A stretch of 40,933 nt of DNA from a virus (IMGVR_UViG_3300005805_000173:1-40933); one strand, 5' to 3'. Positions 22,937-33,667 are shown, numbered from the stretch's first letter. Numbers and translations are program-made. The notes: generated by a model from the letters alone, not told the origin.

Positions 22937-25240
22937 TTAAAAACCAGTAGAACTCCTGGGCAGATTAGCATAAGGATCCACTGGAGTCGGCCAAGCACCG
23001 CCACCTATCAGACCCACACCGGTTTCTGGAACTGACACTGCACGAGCAGCTTCAGACCCAGTATCGGTTCCTAAATCGCTGTTTTCCAATGCCTGAACGT
23101 TACGTCCTTCACGCATGGCTGCGATTATGGCCTGTCCTGTTATTGTGTTGGTGCAACAGTTTTCTATCAGTTCTTGTGCAGTAAAACCGTCAGTGTTTTT
23201 GCCATATCCTGGCAGATTGGCCACAAACCCCAACACCGTGTTTAGCCCACCACTCTGTACATAATATGGCACAGTGGTTTCCAAAAACTCACTAGTGTTG
23301 TGGGTTTCAGCCATGCGATTGTACAACCGGATCTGGGGTTCCAGATTCAGCACAGAGGCCTGTGCAGCTACTAAATCAGCAGCAGGATCAATGGCGTTTT
23401 TGGCCGAAACCAAAGCAACATCCCAATCAGTGGTGTCACCTGTTTCAATTTTGTCCCGAAGAGTGTTCATCTGAGTCACTATGGTGGCCATGTCACCCAC
23501 TGGATTGGTTTCTGAATGGAAATTTTTTAATACCTTTACTGACTCAGTCAGTACCTGATTGTAATTGGTATGACCCATGCAATCCTCGGCTTTCATGCTG
23601 CCGTGATCAGCACTACCAGTTCCCAAAATTCCCAGCAAAGTGTTCATCTGAGGTTGAGTGGTGGGCTGTGTCAGAGCATTGAGTTCAGCACCTGGAATGT
23701 TTTGCATCTGTTGTAGATTTTCACCCAGTGTTTTGGCTTTTGTATTGGGTTTGACTTTGCAAAACTTTTTCAAATTGAGGGCCAATCCCTGAATCAAGTT
23801 GGTATTCTGTGTGGTTTTCTGTATTAAACCAGCAGCACTGGCCGCATCTGAGCCCAGCGTGGTGGCTGGATTCAGCAAATCACTAAACCTACTGATGCCA
23901 GTCGCCTGAACACCCAGTAATTGCTGTATGCTGGCCACATCAGCCGAATCAGAATTACGATCTATCAGATCAGCCAGGGCCTGATCAGTGGCTGTGTCTC
24001 TCAACACTTTCTGCTGATTTTGTGCCTGCTCCAGCAACTCTGCAATAAACCCAGTATCAATCAGGCGGGGCTGTTGTGTAGCTGGATCCACGAAAGTTTT
24101 GCCCAGCACAGTCACATGCAGATTGCCAGTTTTTTCTGCGTTGTTCCTGATGGCCTCCTGAATCACCAGAGCTGCACTAAAACTGGCCCAGGGGTTTTGT
24201 AAATTGATTAAACCAGCTGCTTTTGCGAAACCAGCACCCACCACAGACAAATCAGTGGAATCGTTGCCGGCAATTTTACTGAAACCACCAGTGGCTCCTG
24301 CTGCTGGACCGCCTGTGCCAAACTCAGCCAGAGCTGCACTCTTCATTACCGAACGAGTCTGGCTGGCATAACCCTGCGCCTGACCCAGCACATTGGCAAA
24401 AGTTTTACATCCGTCATTGTTGAACCAACCACTGGTTCTGGCGTGAGCACGATGAAACAGATTACCAGTGCCCCACGTAGAAGTAAATTGCTGTGGAGTG
24501 CTGCCCAATGCCATGGGAAATCCTTTGGCCAGAGTGTGAAATATTTTACGTGGTCGTATTTTGATTGTTACTGTTTCGCCAGTGGCTGGTGCTGTGACAA
24601 AAGTGATTGAGCTAAAATTGCTGTTGAAATTGTAGTGAACACCAGGAGTTTTCACTACGCCATTGATATCTACCTGAATGAAATCGTTGGTTAGCCAAGA
24701 TAATCCTGTGACATCATAACTGGTGGTATAGGTGATACTAAAAACCAATGTGAGGTCATCACCTGCCAGAGTGTTGGCTATGGTTACCAGTTCAGGTATT
24801 GGTGCTCCAGATTTAGTTTCAAACACTGCCACTGTGACAGTTCCTGCCAAGGTGGCTAATGCTGCTATTCCATTGATGGCATTTTGATAGGTATCAGTGA
24901 TCTGAATGCTGGTACCAGTGACATCATTGAGAACATAGTAGGTAACTCCATCTGATAATCCTGAACCTGTTCCACCTGAAGTACCCACTACTTTGAGACT
25001 TTGACCTTTGAGATAGGTACCAGATGCCACAGTGAGTTCTCCAGCTGTGCCATCAATGCTGCTGATACTGATGGTGCTTAATGCTCCAGCCAAATGTGAT
25101 TCTATTATATAATATGACTGTATAGCTGCATATTTGCTGTATTCAGCCAGAGCCGCAGCAATATCAGGAGGTGCTATGCCTGTATCCTGGATTAATCCAT
25201 GTAATGCTGTGACCTGAATTGCGCTGAGATCTGTGGACAT
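22937..25240 (-). CDS. large virion structural protein (baseplate/tail region)
   Basis: 767 aa adjacent to PAAR; small beta-sandwich insert (VDINGV..FVTAPATG); C-terminal GQAIIAAMREGRN. Confidence 0.55.
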   Translation of the reverse strand: MSTDLSAIQVTALHGLIQDTGIAPPDIAAALAEYSKYAAIQSYYIIESHLAGALSTISISSIDGTAGELTVASGTYLKGQSLKVVGTSGGTGSGLSDGVTYYVLNDVTGTSIQITDTYQNAINGIAALATLAGTVTVAVFETKSGAPIPELVTIANTLAGDDLTLVFSITYTTSYDVTGLSWLTNDFIQVDINGVVKTPGVHYNFNSNFSSITFVTAPATGETVTIKIRPRKIFHTLAKGFPMALGSTPQQFTSTWGTGNLFHRAHARTSGWFNNDGCKTFANVLGQAQGYASQTRSVMKSAALAEFGTGGPAAGATGGFSKIAGNDSTDLSVVGAGFAKAAGLINLQNPWASFSAALVIQEAIRNNAEKTGNLHVTVLGKTFVDPATQQPRLIDTGFIAELLEQAQNQQKVLRDTATDQALADLIDRNSDSADVASIQQLLGVQATGISRFSDLLNPATTLGSDAASAAGLIQKTTQNTNLIQGLALNLKKFCKVKPNTKAKTLGENLQQMQNIPGAELNALTQPTTQPQMNTLLGILGTGSADHGSMKAEDCMGHTNYNQVLTESVKVLKNFHSETNPVGDMATIVTQMNTLRDKIETGDTTDWDVALVSAKNAIDPAADLVAAQASVLNLEPQIRLYNRMAETHNTSEFLETTVPYYVQSGGLNTVLGFVANLPGYGKNTDGFTAQELIENCCTNTITGQAIIAAMREGRNVQALENSDLGTDTGSEAARAVSVPETGVGLIGGGAWPTPVDPYANLPRSSTGF

Positions 25241-25241
25241 A

Positions 25242-25532
25242 TTATGCTCCTGGTATAATCACATCTGGGCTGGCCTGTGCTTGGCTGTGTCCACAACTTT
25301 CACCAGCGCCGTTGAATGCAGAAGGTCTGCCTTCAGTAATCACAGTGCTAGCGCCTGCCACTATAGTGGGTGTAACATGTGGCGGTGCTGGTGGGAAAGG
25401 AGGTAAATGTGTCTGAATTGTACTGCCTTTCAGAGCTGCAGGACGACCATTCACAATCACTGTGCTAGCCACTGCACCGATAACCGGTGCTCCCACATTG
25501 TTTACATCACCTTTCCTAACCCATCCTGGCAT
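25242..25532 (-). CDS. PAAR-repeat baseplate spike tip protein
   Basis: VRKGD, VIVNGRPAA, EGRPSA, His/Cys metal ligands (H, H, CGH). Confidence 0.88.
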   Translation of the reverse strand: MPGWVRKGDVNNVGAPVIGAVASTVIVNGRPAALKGSTIQTHLPPFPPAPPHVTPTIVAGASTVITEGRPSAFNGAGESCGHSQAQASPDVIIPGA

Positions 25533-25536
25533 TGTA

Positions 25537-25833
25537 TTATCCCATCAAAATTTTGTTGTTTGGAGTACGAATTCCGCTGGTGGCTTCGTACCATGCACTG
25601 GTCATTTCTTCACGACTGAATGTATGCATCACCACAGCAGTCTTCATCAGATCCAGTTCTTTGTCCAGCTTGCTGCTCAGCAGAGCCTGACCCAGGGCCA
25701 TGCCTTGTGGGCCCGGCATCAGACTCAGAGGCTTATAGATCCTGAAGCTGGTGTCGGTTTCTGACACATACTTGGCCACGATTTCTTCGCCGCTGATCAG
25801 CTTGAATGTCACGATGTCATTTTCTCTGTACAT
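25537..25833 (-). CDS. small Sm-like beta-barrel phage protein
   Basis: IVTFKLISGEEIVAK...KPL motif; SD and TAAATA (25842-25847) upstream. Confidence 0.55.
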   Translation of the reverse strand: MYRENDIVTFKLISGEEIVAKYVSETDTSFRIYKPLSLMPGPQGMALGQALLSSKLDKELDLMKTAVVMHTFSREEMTSAWYEATSGIRTPNNKILMG

Positions 25834-25844
25834 GTTGTCCTTAT

Positions 25845-26096
25845 TTATCCGTTGATTTTTTGTTTGATCTGCTCTGCTGTCATGTCTCTGAGTTCAGGCC
25901 AGCCACTGACAAACTGTGTGTCTTCCAGATAAATCTGGGGCACACTGCGATGTCCTTGCTGTCGAATAAAGCTCATGGCTTGTGTATCCTGATGCAGATT
26001 GACGTCGGTGAATGGAATTTCCAGACGAGTCAGATACTCTTTGGCCTGCTGACAATGACTGCATGAAGGGGTTGAATATATAGTAAGTTGTTTCAT
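25845..26096 (-). CDS. glutaredoxin
   Basis: CSHC active site, SVPQI, adjacent to nrdB. Confidence 0.9.
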   Translation of the reverse strand: MKQLTIYSTPSCSHCQQAKEYLTRLEIPFTDVNLHQDTQAMSFIRQQGHRSVPQIYLEDTQFVSGWPELRDMTAEQIKQKING

Positions 26097-27223
26097 AAAC
26101 TAAATCCTCGGAATGAATCTTCATCAATGTCCTGCTTGACGGCCCCAACCACATAACTGGAAATTTCGGTTTCCTGGGGAGCCACTTGTACTTCACTACC
26201 AGCAATCCACTTGTTGGTCCAGGGCAGTGGATTGGCGCTGGGCACTTTCCAGTCGCATTTTAGTCCCACTGATCCCATTCGCTTGGCGCAGATCCAATCC
26301 ACATAATCGCACAACAGAGTCTCATTCAGACCAATCATGCTGCCATCCTTGAACAGGAACCGCGCCCATTGTTTCTCTTGCTCAGCAGCAGCCTGAAACA
26401 ACTGAACGCACTCGGCTTCGGTTTCAATCCGAATAGCTTCAAACTCCGGATCATCTTTGGGTAGCAATTTCAGCAGAGCCTGTGTGCTGGCCAGATGCAC
26501 ATTCTCGTCACGGCAAATCAACTTGATGATCTTGGCATTGCCTTCCATCTTCTTGACTTCAGCAAAGGCCCAGCTACAAGCAAAGCTCACATAGAATCTC
26601 AGGCCTTCCAGTACATTTACACTCATCAGGCTGAGCCAGAGCAGGCGCTTGATTTCACGCAGATCCACTGTGATGGTGCGACCGTTCACTGTGTGCTGAC
26701 CTGTGCCCAGCAGGTTGTACCACTGGATTTGTTCCAGTAACTGATCATAGTTCACAGTGATGTCATTGGCACAGTCCACAATTTCACTGATGCTCATGAT
26801 CTCATCAAATACTCGGCTGGGATCACTGTAGATGTTGCGAATGATGTGTGTATAACTGCGGCTGTGAATGGTTTCGCTGAAAGCCCAGGTCTGAATCCAG
26901 GTCTCAATTTCAGGCAGGCTCACAATGGGCAAATAAACCAAGTTGGGACTGCGACCCTGGACGCTGTCCAGCAGGATCTGACGTTTCAGGTTGCTGGTAA
27001 ATATGTGTTGCTCGTGCCGGGTCAGATCCTTGAAATCCTTGCTGTCTTTGTTTAGATCGATTTCGTCAGGTCTCCAAAAAAATCCCAGTTGTTTGTCAGT
27101 GAGTTTGTCAAACTGCTTGTATTTTAGTGTGTCATATCGTTGCATACCCACGCCACCGCACTGGTCCAGGAAGGCCAGTGCGGTCAGGTGGTCTTTATTT
27201 TGTTGATTGAAAACAGTTTGCAT
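26093..27223 (-). CDS. nrdB: ribonucleotide reductase class Ia beta subunit
   Basis: FFWRPDEI, LLDSVQGR, ETIHSRSY (radical Tyr), EGLRFYVSF, RDENVH, APQETE. Confidence 0.97.
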   Translation of the reverse strand: MQTVFNQQNKDHLTALAFLDQCGGVGMQRYDTLKYKQFDKLTDKQLGFFWRPDEIDLNKDSKDFKDLTRHEQHIFTSNLKRQILLDSVQGRSPNLVYLPIVSLPEIETWIQTWAFSETIHSRSYTHIIRNIYSDPSRVFDEIMSISEIVDCANDITVNYDQLLEQIQWYNLLGTGQHTVNGRTITVDLREIKRLLWLSLMSVNVLEGLRFYVSFACSWAFAEVKKMEGNAKIIKLICRDENVHLASTQALLKLLPKDDPEFEAIRIETEAECVQLFQAAAEQEKQWARFLFKDGSMIGLNETLLCDYVDWICAKRMGSVGLKCDWKVPSANPLPWTNKWIAGSEVQVAPQETEISSYVVGAVKQDIDEDSFRGFSL

Positions 27224-27240
27224 ATTACTTTACCTTCTTA

Positions 27241-29514
27241 TTATATAACGCAGCTCTCACAGTCTGCGACAGGTTCGGCTATCTTTTCCACGTTGATCTC
27301 ACCTTGACCATCCCGGGTGTTGTTATAGTATAATTGTTTTCCACCATACCGATAGAACATCAGGATGTGTTTAAGTAACTCACTCATGGGAATTTTTTCA
27401 TCTGGATAAAAAGCCGGATTGTAACTGGTGTTTACACTAATGCCCTGATCTATCCATTTCTGCAATACTGCACAGATTTTCAGATAACCTTCAGGACTGG
27501 CTTGATTCCACAGCAATTCATAACGATTCTTGAGCTTGCGCATTTCTGGTACTACCTGTTTGAGTACACCATGCTTGCTCTGTTTTACACTGATCAGGCT
27601 TCTGACCGGTTCAATACCGTTGGTACTGTTGCTGACCTGACTGCTGGTTTCACTGGGCATCAGTGCCATCAGTGTGCTGTTTCTGATGCCGTACTGTGCT
27701 GCGGCAGTGCGCAAACTCTGCCAATCCTGACGTTCCTGATAGGGCACCAATTCATCCACTTCGGCCTTGCGAGTGTCCACTGGCACAACGCCCTGCGCAT
27801 AACGCAGATTCTGCCAGCCGGCGCAGGGTCCAAATTCTTTGGCCAGCTCTATGCTGGTCTTGATCAGATAATAGCTCATGGCTTCCATATACTGATCCAC
27901 CGCAGGCAAGCAAGTCGAATCAGTATAGGTGTAGTCATTTTTAGCCAACCAGTAAGCAAAATTGATGATACCAATGCCCAGAGGGCGATACAAATCAGTG
28001 CTGTTTTTAGCAGCTGGTACCGGATAGTGCTGATAGGTCAGTAGAGCATCCAGACCTCTGACAGCCAGTTCACAGGGTTTGGCAAAGTCTTCGGGTGTGC
28101 GAATCATGCCCCAATTTATCGCCGACAGAGTGCAAAGTGCAATTTCACCAGCAGGATCATTGACATCAGTCAGTGGTTTGGTGGGTAAATCTATTTCGGC
28201 GCACAGGTTACTCTGGGTAATGGGAGCTATTTTGGGGTCAAAGGGACTGTGTGAGTTGGCATGATCCACATTCTGCAGATAGATACGACCAGTATCTTTG
28301 CGTTCCTGAGCAAACTGACTGAACAGATCCACTGCTCGCAAAGTTTTCTTTCGGATTGCCGGATTGGCTTCAGCAGCGGTGTAAAGTTCACGGAATCTTT
28401 CGGTATCTGCAAAAAAGGATTCATACAGACCCGGAACATCACTAGGGCTAAACAGAGTGATGTTACCGCCACTCAGCAGACGTTCATACATCACCTTGTT
28501 GAATTGCACGCCATAATCCATATGACGGATGCGATTGTCTTCGGTGCCTTTGTTGTTCTTGAGCACCAGGAGATCCTCTACCTCCAGGTGCCAGATGGGA
28601 TAATACAGCGTGGCTGAACCATTTCTGACACCACCCTGGCTGCAACTCTTGACTGCACTCTGAAACAGCTTGTAAAAAGGAATAACGCCAGTGTGGTAAG
28701 CGTCACCGCGACGAATGGGCGACTTCAAAGCACGAATGCGTCCAGCACCAATGCCAATACCGGCTTTCTGACTCACATACTTCACAATGGCACTGGTGGT
28801 GGCATTGATGCTGTCCAGGCTGTCAGCAGTCTCCACCAGCACACAACTGCTGAATTGACGCTGATTGGTTCTGACGCCAGCCATTACAGGTGTGGGCAGG
28901 CTGATCAGATGAGTGCTGATGGCTTCGTAGTAATCTCTGACCCAGTTCAAACGAGTGTCAGCTGGGTAGTTCTGGAACAGAGTAGCGGCAATCAGAATAT
29001 AACAGATCTGGGGAGTTTCGTAGATCTGACCAGTCACACGATTTTGTACCAGATATTTGCCACGCATCTGTTCCATGCCCACATAGGCCATTTCGTTATC
29101 ACGCTCATGACGAATCATGGCATTGATCCGATCCCACTCGGCATCAGTGTAAGCAGTCAGCAACTGAGCATCATACAAGCCCATTGTGACATTTTGTTCC
29201 ACCAGACGACGAAGATGCCAGGGCTCATAGCTACCATAGACTTCTTTTCTGAGGTGATAATTGATCAATCTGCCAGCCACATACTGATAATTGGGAGCTT
29301 CCTCACTGATCAGATCAGCTGCACTCTTGATCAGCATTTCCTGGACATCAGTGGTGGGGATGCCATCATAAAATTGCAAGCTGCTGCGGATCTCCACCTC
29401 ACTGGGACTTACGCCAGTTATATCTTCACAAGCCCAAAAAACCACGCGATGTAGTTTTTCCAGATCCAGGGGCTCACGTCTGCCATTACGTTTGGTAACA
29501 TTTACTTGACTCAT
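27241..29514 (-). CDS. nrdA: ribonucleotide reductase class Ia alpha subunit
   Basis: ATP cone VTKRNG, FSSCVL, SNLCAEI, ALCTL, KQLYY, C-terminal CESC. Confidence 0.97.
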   Translation of the reverse strand: MSQVNVTKRNGRREPLDLEKLHRVVFWACEDITGVSPSEVEIRSSLQFYDGIPTTDVQEMLIKSAADLISEEAPNYQYVAGRLINYHLRKEVYGSYEPWHLRRLVEQNVTMGLYDAQLLTAYTDAEWDRINAMIRHERDNEMAYVGMEQMRGKYLVQNRVTGQIYETPQICYILIAATLFQNYPADTRLNWVRDYYEAISTHLISLPTPVMAGVRTNQRQFSSCVLVETADSLDSINATTSAIVKYVSQKAGIGIGAGRIRALKSPIRRGDAYHTGVIPFYKLFQSAVKSCSQGGVRNGSATLYYPIWHLEVEDLLVLKNNKGTEDNRIRHMDYGVQFNKVMYERLLSGGNITLFSPSDVPGLYESFFADTERFRELYTAAEANPAIRKKTLRAVDLFSQFAQERKDTGRIYLQNVDHANSHSPFDPKIAPITQSNLCAEIDLPTKPLTDVNDPAGEIALCTLSAINWGMIRTPEDFAKPCELAVRGLDALLTYQHYPVPAAKNSTDLYRPLGIGIINFAYWLAKNDYTYTDSTCLPAVDQYMEAMSYYLIKTSIELAKEFGPCAGWQNLRYAQGVVPVDTRKAEVDELVPYQERQDWQSLRTAAAQYGIRNSTLMALMPSETSSQVSNSTNGIEPVRSLISVKQSKHGVLKQVVPEMRKLKNRYELLWNQASPEGYLKICAVLQKWIDQGISVNTSYNPAFYPDEKIPMSELLKHILMFYRYGGKQLYYNNTRDGQGEINVEKIAEPVADCESCVI

Positions 29515-29529
29515 TTGTTAATGCCTTGA

Positions 29530-29979
29530 CTATTCTAATGTTCTAAAATCTTGTGGTACGAACACTGCGGATGATTGATACTCACTGCTGATGGAGTTTG
29601 TATTTACTAGTCTTTGTTCGTTGAAATTAAGAATATATTTTCCATCATCCACGTCAACTATACTTACTCGTTCGCCCCCAGGATTGTACATAATCCGTAA
29701 TCTGATCAGATGCTGCTTGATCGCAGGACACAAGGCACAAGTATAAAACATACCCAGAGCTTTGGACAGATCACAGTAACTCAGATTGTCAAACAATTGC
29801 CAAGGACTGGGCCATCTGGAGTGGTCATCACTGAGCAAGCTGATTTTTCTAGTGGGTGCAGTGAGCCACCACTGTTGTACCTGAACCAGAGCTTGTTCCA
29901 GTTCTGGTTCAGTTTGTAGATCCTGCCGGAATTTCCTCCAGGTCAATATCTTTTGTTCTATGGGTGCATACCAATGCAT
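29530..29979 (-). CDS. hypothetical protein
   Basis: 149 aa; WPSPWQL...YCDLSKALGMFYT weakly suggests a transglutaminase-like Cys fold. Confidence 0.55.
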   Translation of the reverse strand: MHWYAPIEQKILTWRKFRQDLQTEPELEQALVQVQQWWLTAPTRKISLLSDDHSRWPSPWQLFDNLSYCDLSKALGMFYTCALCPAIKQHLIRLRIMYNPGGERVSIVDVDDGKYILNFNEQRLVNTNSISSEYQSSAVFVPQDFRTLE

Positions 29980-29984
29980 AAAAA

Positions 29985-30491
29985 TTAGAAGTAGTCCACT
30001 CTTTGGTATCTGATCGTGCTGTTGTATCCAGTGCTGGTTGATGTATATTTAAAAACCAAAAGTTCACCAGTTACTGTCATAGTAATAGTTATACCTACGC
30101 CAGCACTAGGGGTTCTACTTTCATCAGACACCACAGTGTCACTGGACCCATTATATGCATATCGAATTTCACCAGTTTGGTACACACCATTGCGAACAAT
30201 ACTGTATCTCAGTACGCCTGCTGGATAACTCAGCTTGTTGAAACTGTGAAATTCAGCGGCTGTGCCAGTATTATCCTGCAGAGTGGCAGTGGCGTAGGCA
30301 CTGGAACCATTGCTCAAAGCAGTCAGAATTTCTGTATTGCCCTCACTGGGAGCACCTTCTTCAAAAGTTCCATTGCCAATATACAGTTGCTGAGTATCAA
30401 TAGCCCAGCCCAATTCTCCAGCAGCCAATTGTGGCAGATTTTCCTGTCTGCCTCTGCGAACCTGAATTTTTGAAATTTGTGTAACAGCCAT
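29985..30491 (-). CDS. virion protein with major-tropism-determinant-like N-terminal domain
   Basis: KIQVRRG..LAAGELGWAIDTQQLYIGNG; TAAATA (30511-30516) upstream. Confidence 0.7.
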   Translation of the reverse strand: MAVTQISKIQVRRGRQENLPQLAAGELGWAIDTQQLYIGNGTFEEGAPSEGNTEILTALSNGSSAYATATLQDNTGTAAEFHSFNKLSYPAGVLRYSIVRNGVYQTGEIRYAYNGSSDTVVSDESRTPSAGVGITITMTVTGELLVFKYTSTSTGYNSTIRYQRVDYF

Positions 30492-30513
30492 ATTAGTGTT
30501 TCCTATCTGGTAT

Positions 30514-31191
30514 TTAGCTATAAAACTGTTTTACTCGCTCAGCCCAGATCCTACTGTACCGCTGAAATTCTTCACCCTGAATGATCCAGTGTTGCGGCTC
30601 ATAGTTCTGGCTACACATCAGAATAACTCCCTGCTGTATATCAGTGCCATATAACTGATTGTGTGCCAGGGCATAGGCACACAATTGCAGAAAATAACTT
30701 TCAATCCACTCGGTTTTTTTGGGACGATTGGTTTGTTTGAAGTCCACGATGCTCAGTTGGCCCTGCCAATCAGCTATACAGTCAGTGGTACCAGCATACA
30801 GATCTGGGTAGAACAAGTTCACCTCAGTGCCATAGAATGCCGTGCAGTTGGGCTTCAGATACTGGTCAATAATGGCCGTGGCCATCCGATGACTTTGCTG
30901 ACTATATGGATTAGAGCCAGGTTCTTTTACCGAATCTTCCATCACATATTGTTCCAGATAACGATGCATCCGGGTTCCCCGGCTAGCTGCTTCTGTGGTG
31001 ATTTGCTGAGCCTGTTGTACGCCCACACGTTGTCGCCAGGCTTGCAAGGCTGCTTTTTGCTCTGCAGGTTTGGTAGCATCCAGAATAGTAGTTACACTTT
31101 GTAACCTGCCACCGTCGGGTGTCATATAGTATCTTTTGCCATCAATGCTGGTGCGATCAAAGCTCTGATACTGAAATCTCTGAGTTATCAT
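30514..31191 (-). CDS. PD-(D/E)XK exonuclease
   Basis: SVTTIL, RGTRMH, YAGTTD, IVDFKQT, QLCAYA. Confidence 0.88.
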   Translation of the reverse strand: MITQRFQYQSFDRTSIDGKRYYMTPDGGRLQSVTTILDATKPAEQKAALQAWRQRVGVQQAQQITTEAASRGTRMHRYLEQYVMEDSVKEPGSNPYSQQSHRMATAIIDQYLKPNCTAFYGTEVNLFYPDLYAGTTDCIADWQGQLSIVDFKQTNRPKKTEWIESYFLQLCAYALAHNQLYGTDIQQGVILMCSQNYEPQHWIIQGEEFQRYSRIWAERVKQFYS

Positions 31192-31222
31192 GTACTAATA
31201 CTTAGTATAGCATATAACTCAG

Positions 31223-31735
31223 TTACTTAATAGCTCTGGACTTGGCTCTTTTTGCCATCTGTGACACAATGCTTCTGCTGCCTTGCAGGCGATCCAGTTC
31301 GGCTTCGGGCTGTGCGACAGGTTCTGCTGCCAGCATAGTGGTTTGTCCCGGAGGTTCAACACTCTGATCGGCCTGCTGGTCCACAGGCATTTCAGTATCT
31401 GCTGGCATTTCAGTATCTGCTGGAGGCGGTTCAGGTGAAACTTCTGGTACCTGATCTGGAGCCTCTTCCTCTTCAGTACGATAAGTTATAGTATCTCTGT
31501 TTAGATCAGCAATGCGATTCTGAATAGCTGGTATGTTTTCCCAGTATTTTTTCAGTACGTCAAAAGTCACTGATGGACCAGGCAAGGCATTGAGCATTCT
31601 GACAACTTCTTTAGTTTTGATCTTGGGTTTATGAAGTTTGCTGGTTCCCTTTGGAGATTCCAGATTTTTACCCCACAGGATGATCAGAGAAATTATCTTG
31701 GTTTTTACTGCTTTGTCTGGCTTGAATTCCGGCAT
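31223..31735 (-). CDS. hypothetical protein with acidic Pro-rich tail
   Basis: 170 aa; SD GAGGT; contains 18-bp tandem duplication at 31386-31421 (ADTEMP x2). Confidence 0.65.
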   Translation of the reverse strand: MPEFKPDKAVKTKIISLIILWGKNLESPKGTSKLHKPKIKTKEVVRMLNALPGPSVTFDVLKKYWENIPAIQNRIADLNRDTITYRTEEEEAPDQVPEVSPEPPPADTEMPADTEMPVDQQADQSVEPPGQTTMLAAEPVAQPEAELDRLQGSRSIVSQMAKRAKSRAIK

Positions 31736-31744
31736 GGTGACCTC

Positions 31745-32782
31745 TTATCTCTTGCCACGGCCTAGAGGTTCAGGTTCCACTAAATTCTGTTCTTCTGAAC
31801 CTGGCTCTAGTTCTGAGGGCTCAACATCAGTCATATCTGGTTCAGATAGGCCAGTGGGCTCTGCTGGCTGTTCCCCTGCTAGTGTGCGAGTGGCGGCATC
31901 CAGCGCATTCTTGGTTTCACGAACATGGTCCAGTGCGGCATTAATAGCCTCAGTAGCACTGGCTGTGAACGCATCAGCCTGTTCAGCTGACATAGTATCA
32001 CGAATGGTTTCGTTCAGTGCAGGCAGTTCTTCATTTACCATCTTGCCCATGGTTTCCACCATGTCCTGGATGCGATCCACCATGTCTTTGGCCGCTAGCA
32101 CCACTTCAGCTTCGCCCACTGAACTTTCCATTACTATGCTTTCAGTCAGTTTATTCAGGGCTTGAGCAGCTCCAGGATTTTTCAATAAATTCTGCATCAT
32201 TTGTGCTAAATTCATTGCTTCTTTAGCCGACAGAGTGGGTTTATTGGCTAATGTCTTAAGGTCTCTGGGGTCTGTGCCTAATTTTGCAGAAGCAGCATCA
32301 ATGGCTCCCTGTTTGGCTAGGGTTTTAGACATCACATTATCAGTATCTATACCACGCAATCTCTTATACATGTCCCTCATCTTTTCACCTGAATCAGTCT
32401 TGGTTACTGGAGAGTAAACTCTGGCTCCTGGTACATTAGTCTTAACTGAGTCAGCAACGTCACCAGCTACACTTTTAACTTTATTTTTCAGGGTTGTGCC
32501 TATTTTCTTTAGTTCTGACCCAAAGGTGGGGACTTCTTCAGCAATCTTGGCTTTCAGTGTTTGCTCCACCATGAGCATGGCCAGATAATTACTGTTGCGT
32601 TCAGCCACATGACTGGCATGTGTGTTACGAAACTTCGTCAGTTTACGTTGTACATTTTCCAACATGGTTGTTGCAGTTCGAGCAGTCATCTGATCCACAG
32701 GCATTTGAATGCCGTGATGCTTTTTCAAAAGCTGTGCCATTACTGCTGCTGAGCTGGGATTCTGAAGATCGTCTAGTTTCAT
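31745..32782 (-). CDS. helical late protein (possible head core/scaffold-type)
   Basis: 345 aa helical/acidic; TAAATA (32804-32809) upstream; function inferred from context only. Confidence 0.5.
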   Translation of the reverse strand: MKLDDLQNPSSAAVMAQLLKKHHGIQMPVDQMTARTATTMLENVQRKLTKFRNTHASHVAERNSNYLAMLMVEQTLKAKIAEEVPTFGSELKKIGTTLKNKVKSVAGDVADSVKTNVPGARVYSPVTKTDSGEKMRDMYKRLRGIDTDNVMSKTLAKQGAIDAASAKLGTDPRDLKTLANKPTLSAKEAMNLAQMMQNLLKNPGAAQALNKLTESIVMESSVGEAEVVLAAKDMVDRIQDMVETMGKMVNEELPALNETIRDTMSAEQADAFTASATEAINAALDHVRETKNALDAATRTLAGEQPAEPTGLSEPDMTDVEPSELEPGSEEQNLVEPEPLGRGKR

Positions 32783-32825
32783 GTGAAATATTTCCTGTTC
32801 TGGTATTTAGCGACCGATATGGAAT

Positions 32826-33092
32826 TTAGGCTTTTGCTTTGAATAAATTATAAGCCAAAAAGGCCACAGCACCAATCAGGGAACCAATAATGGTTATTCC
32901 CCAGCCTATCAACTGATTATTGCGTTGATCCCTGAGGCCGCTGATCAGCTGTTTGATTTCGCTGATGTTATTTTCAATGGCATCCATACGACTGTCTAGA
33001 TTTTCTAACTTATCTTGCAAATTGATATAACGTTCAGCACATAGCTCAGCATGTGCTTCCAGGTTGGTTTTCTCAATTTCAGTGGTGCTCAT
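32826..33092 (-). CDS. coiled-coil protein with C-terminal TM (holin/XhlA-like)
   Basis: LEAHAELCAERY..coiled coil..single TM. Confidence 0.55.
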   Translation of the reverse strand: MSTTEIEKTNLEAHAELCAERYINLQDKLENLDSRMDAIENNISEIKQLISGLRDQRNNQLIGWGITIIGSLIGAVAFLAYNLFKAKA

Positions 33093-33101
33093 AGGGTTCC
33101 C

Positions 33102-33644
33102 TTATCCTGCATAACGATGTGGCAATGTGTTATTTATTACAAACACTGTGTTGATTTCAGCACCCTGGGTGATGATACAGGATTGAGTGAACTTAGCAGT
33201 TTCCTTCAGGCCAGTGATCATGGGCACATACATGCTTTCCAGTTTCAGAGTACCCACAGGATCTGTTTTAGTGGCATAAACATCAGCATGATCTGTAGCA
33301 AAACTGGTGATCCACAATGTTTGATTAGTACCATGCTGTTGATCAAAACCAATGTCAGTAATGTCATAATTCTGAATCTTTACTGGATTTTCCAGCATGA
33401 TGGGTTGAGCTCTCATACTGATTATCTGCATCATGGTTTCCCAATTGCGCTGTTGATTTCGGCTTCGTTCCCATTCGGCTCGATTCCGTACCAACTGATC
33501 AGCATCATCCAGAAAAGTAGGTATGTTGGCATTGTAGACTTTTAGTACACCAGTCTTGGTGATATCAAACAGGGTAAACACAGTGACAAATTGCATGTCC
33601 CCCGACAGATTATAATTGGGCATGGTTATACCGTGTTCACGCAT
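33102..33644 (-). CDS. hypothetical protein
   Basis: 180 aa; TLFDITKTGV, RNQQRNWET motifs; TAAATA at 33650-33655. Confidence 0.65.
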   Translation of the reverse strand: MREHGITMPNYNLSGDMQFVTVFTLFDITKTGVLKVYNANIPTFLDDADQLVRNRAEWERSRNQQRNWETMMQIISMRAQPIMLENPVKIQNYDITDIGFDQQHGTNQTLWITSFATDHADVYATKTDPVGTLKLESMYVPMITGLKETAKFTQSCIITQGAEINTVFVINNTLPHRYAG

Positions 33645-33667
33645 GTGAGTATTTACAAAGACAACGA

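Noticed and set aside
26093-29514. Introns or inteins in nrdA/nrdB
   Set aside because: Both ORFs are continuous and of normal class Ia length.
29985-30491. Diversity-generating retroelement suggested by the Mtd-like N-terminus
   Set aside because: No reverse transcriptase, no TR/VR pair with adenine-specific mismatches, and no C-terminal lectin domain seen.
30514-31191. Cas4 or CRISPR-associated nuclease
   Set aside because: Lacks the four-Cys Fe-S cluster pattern; fits an ordinary phage PD-(D/E)XK exonuclease.
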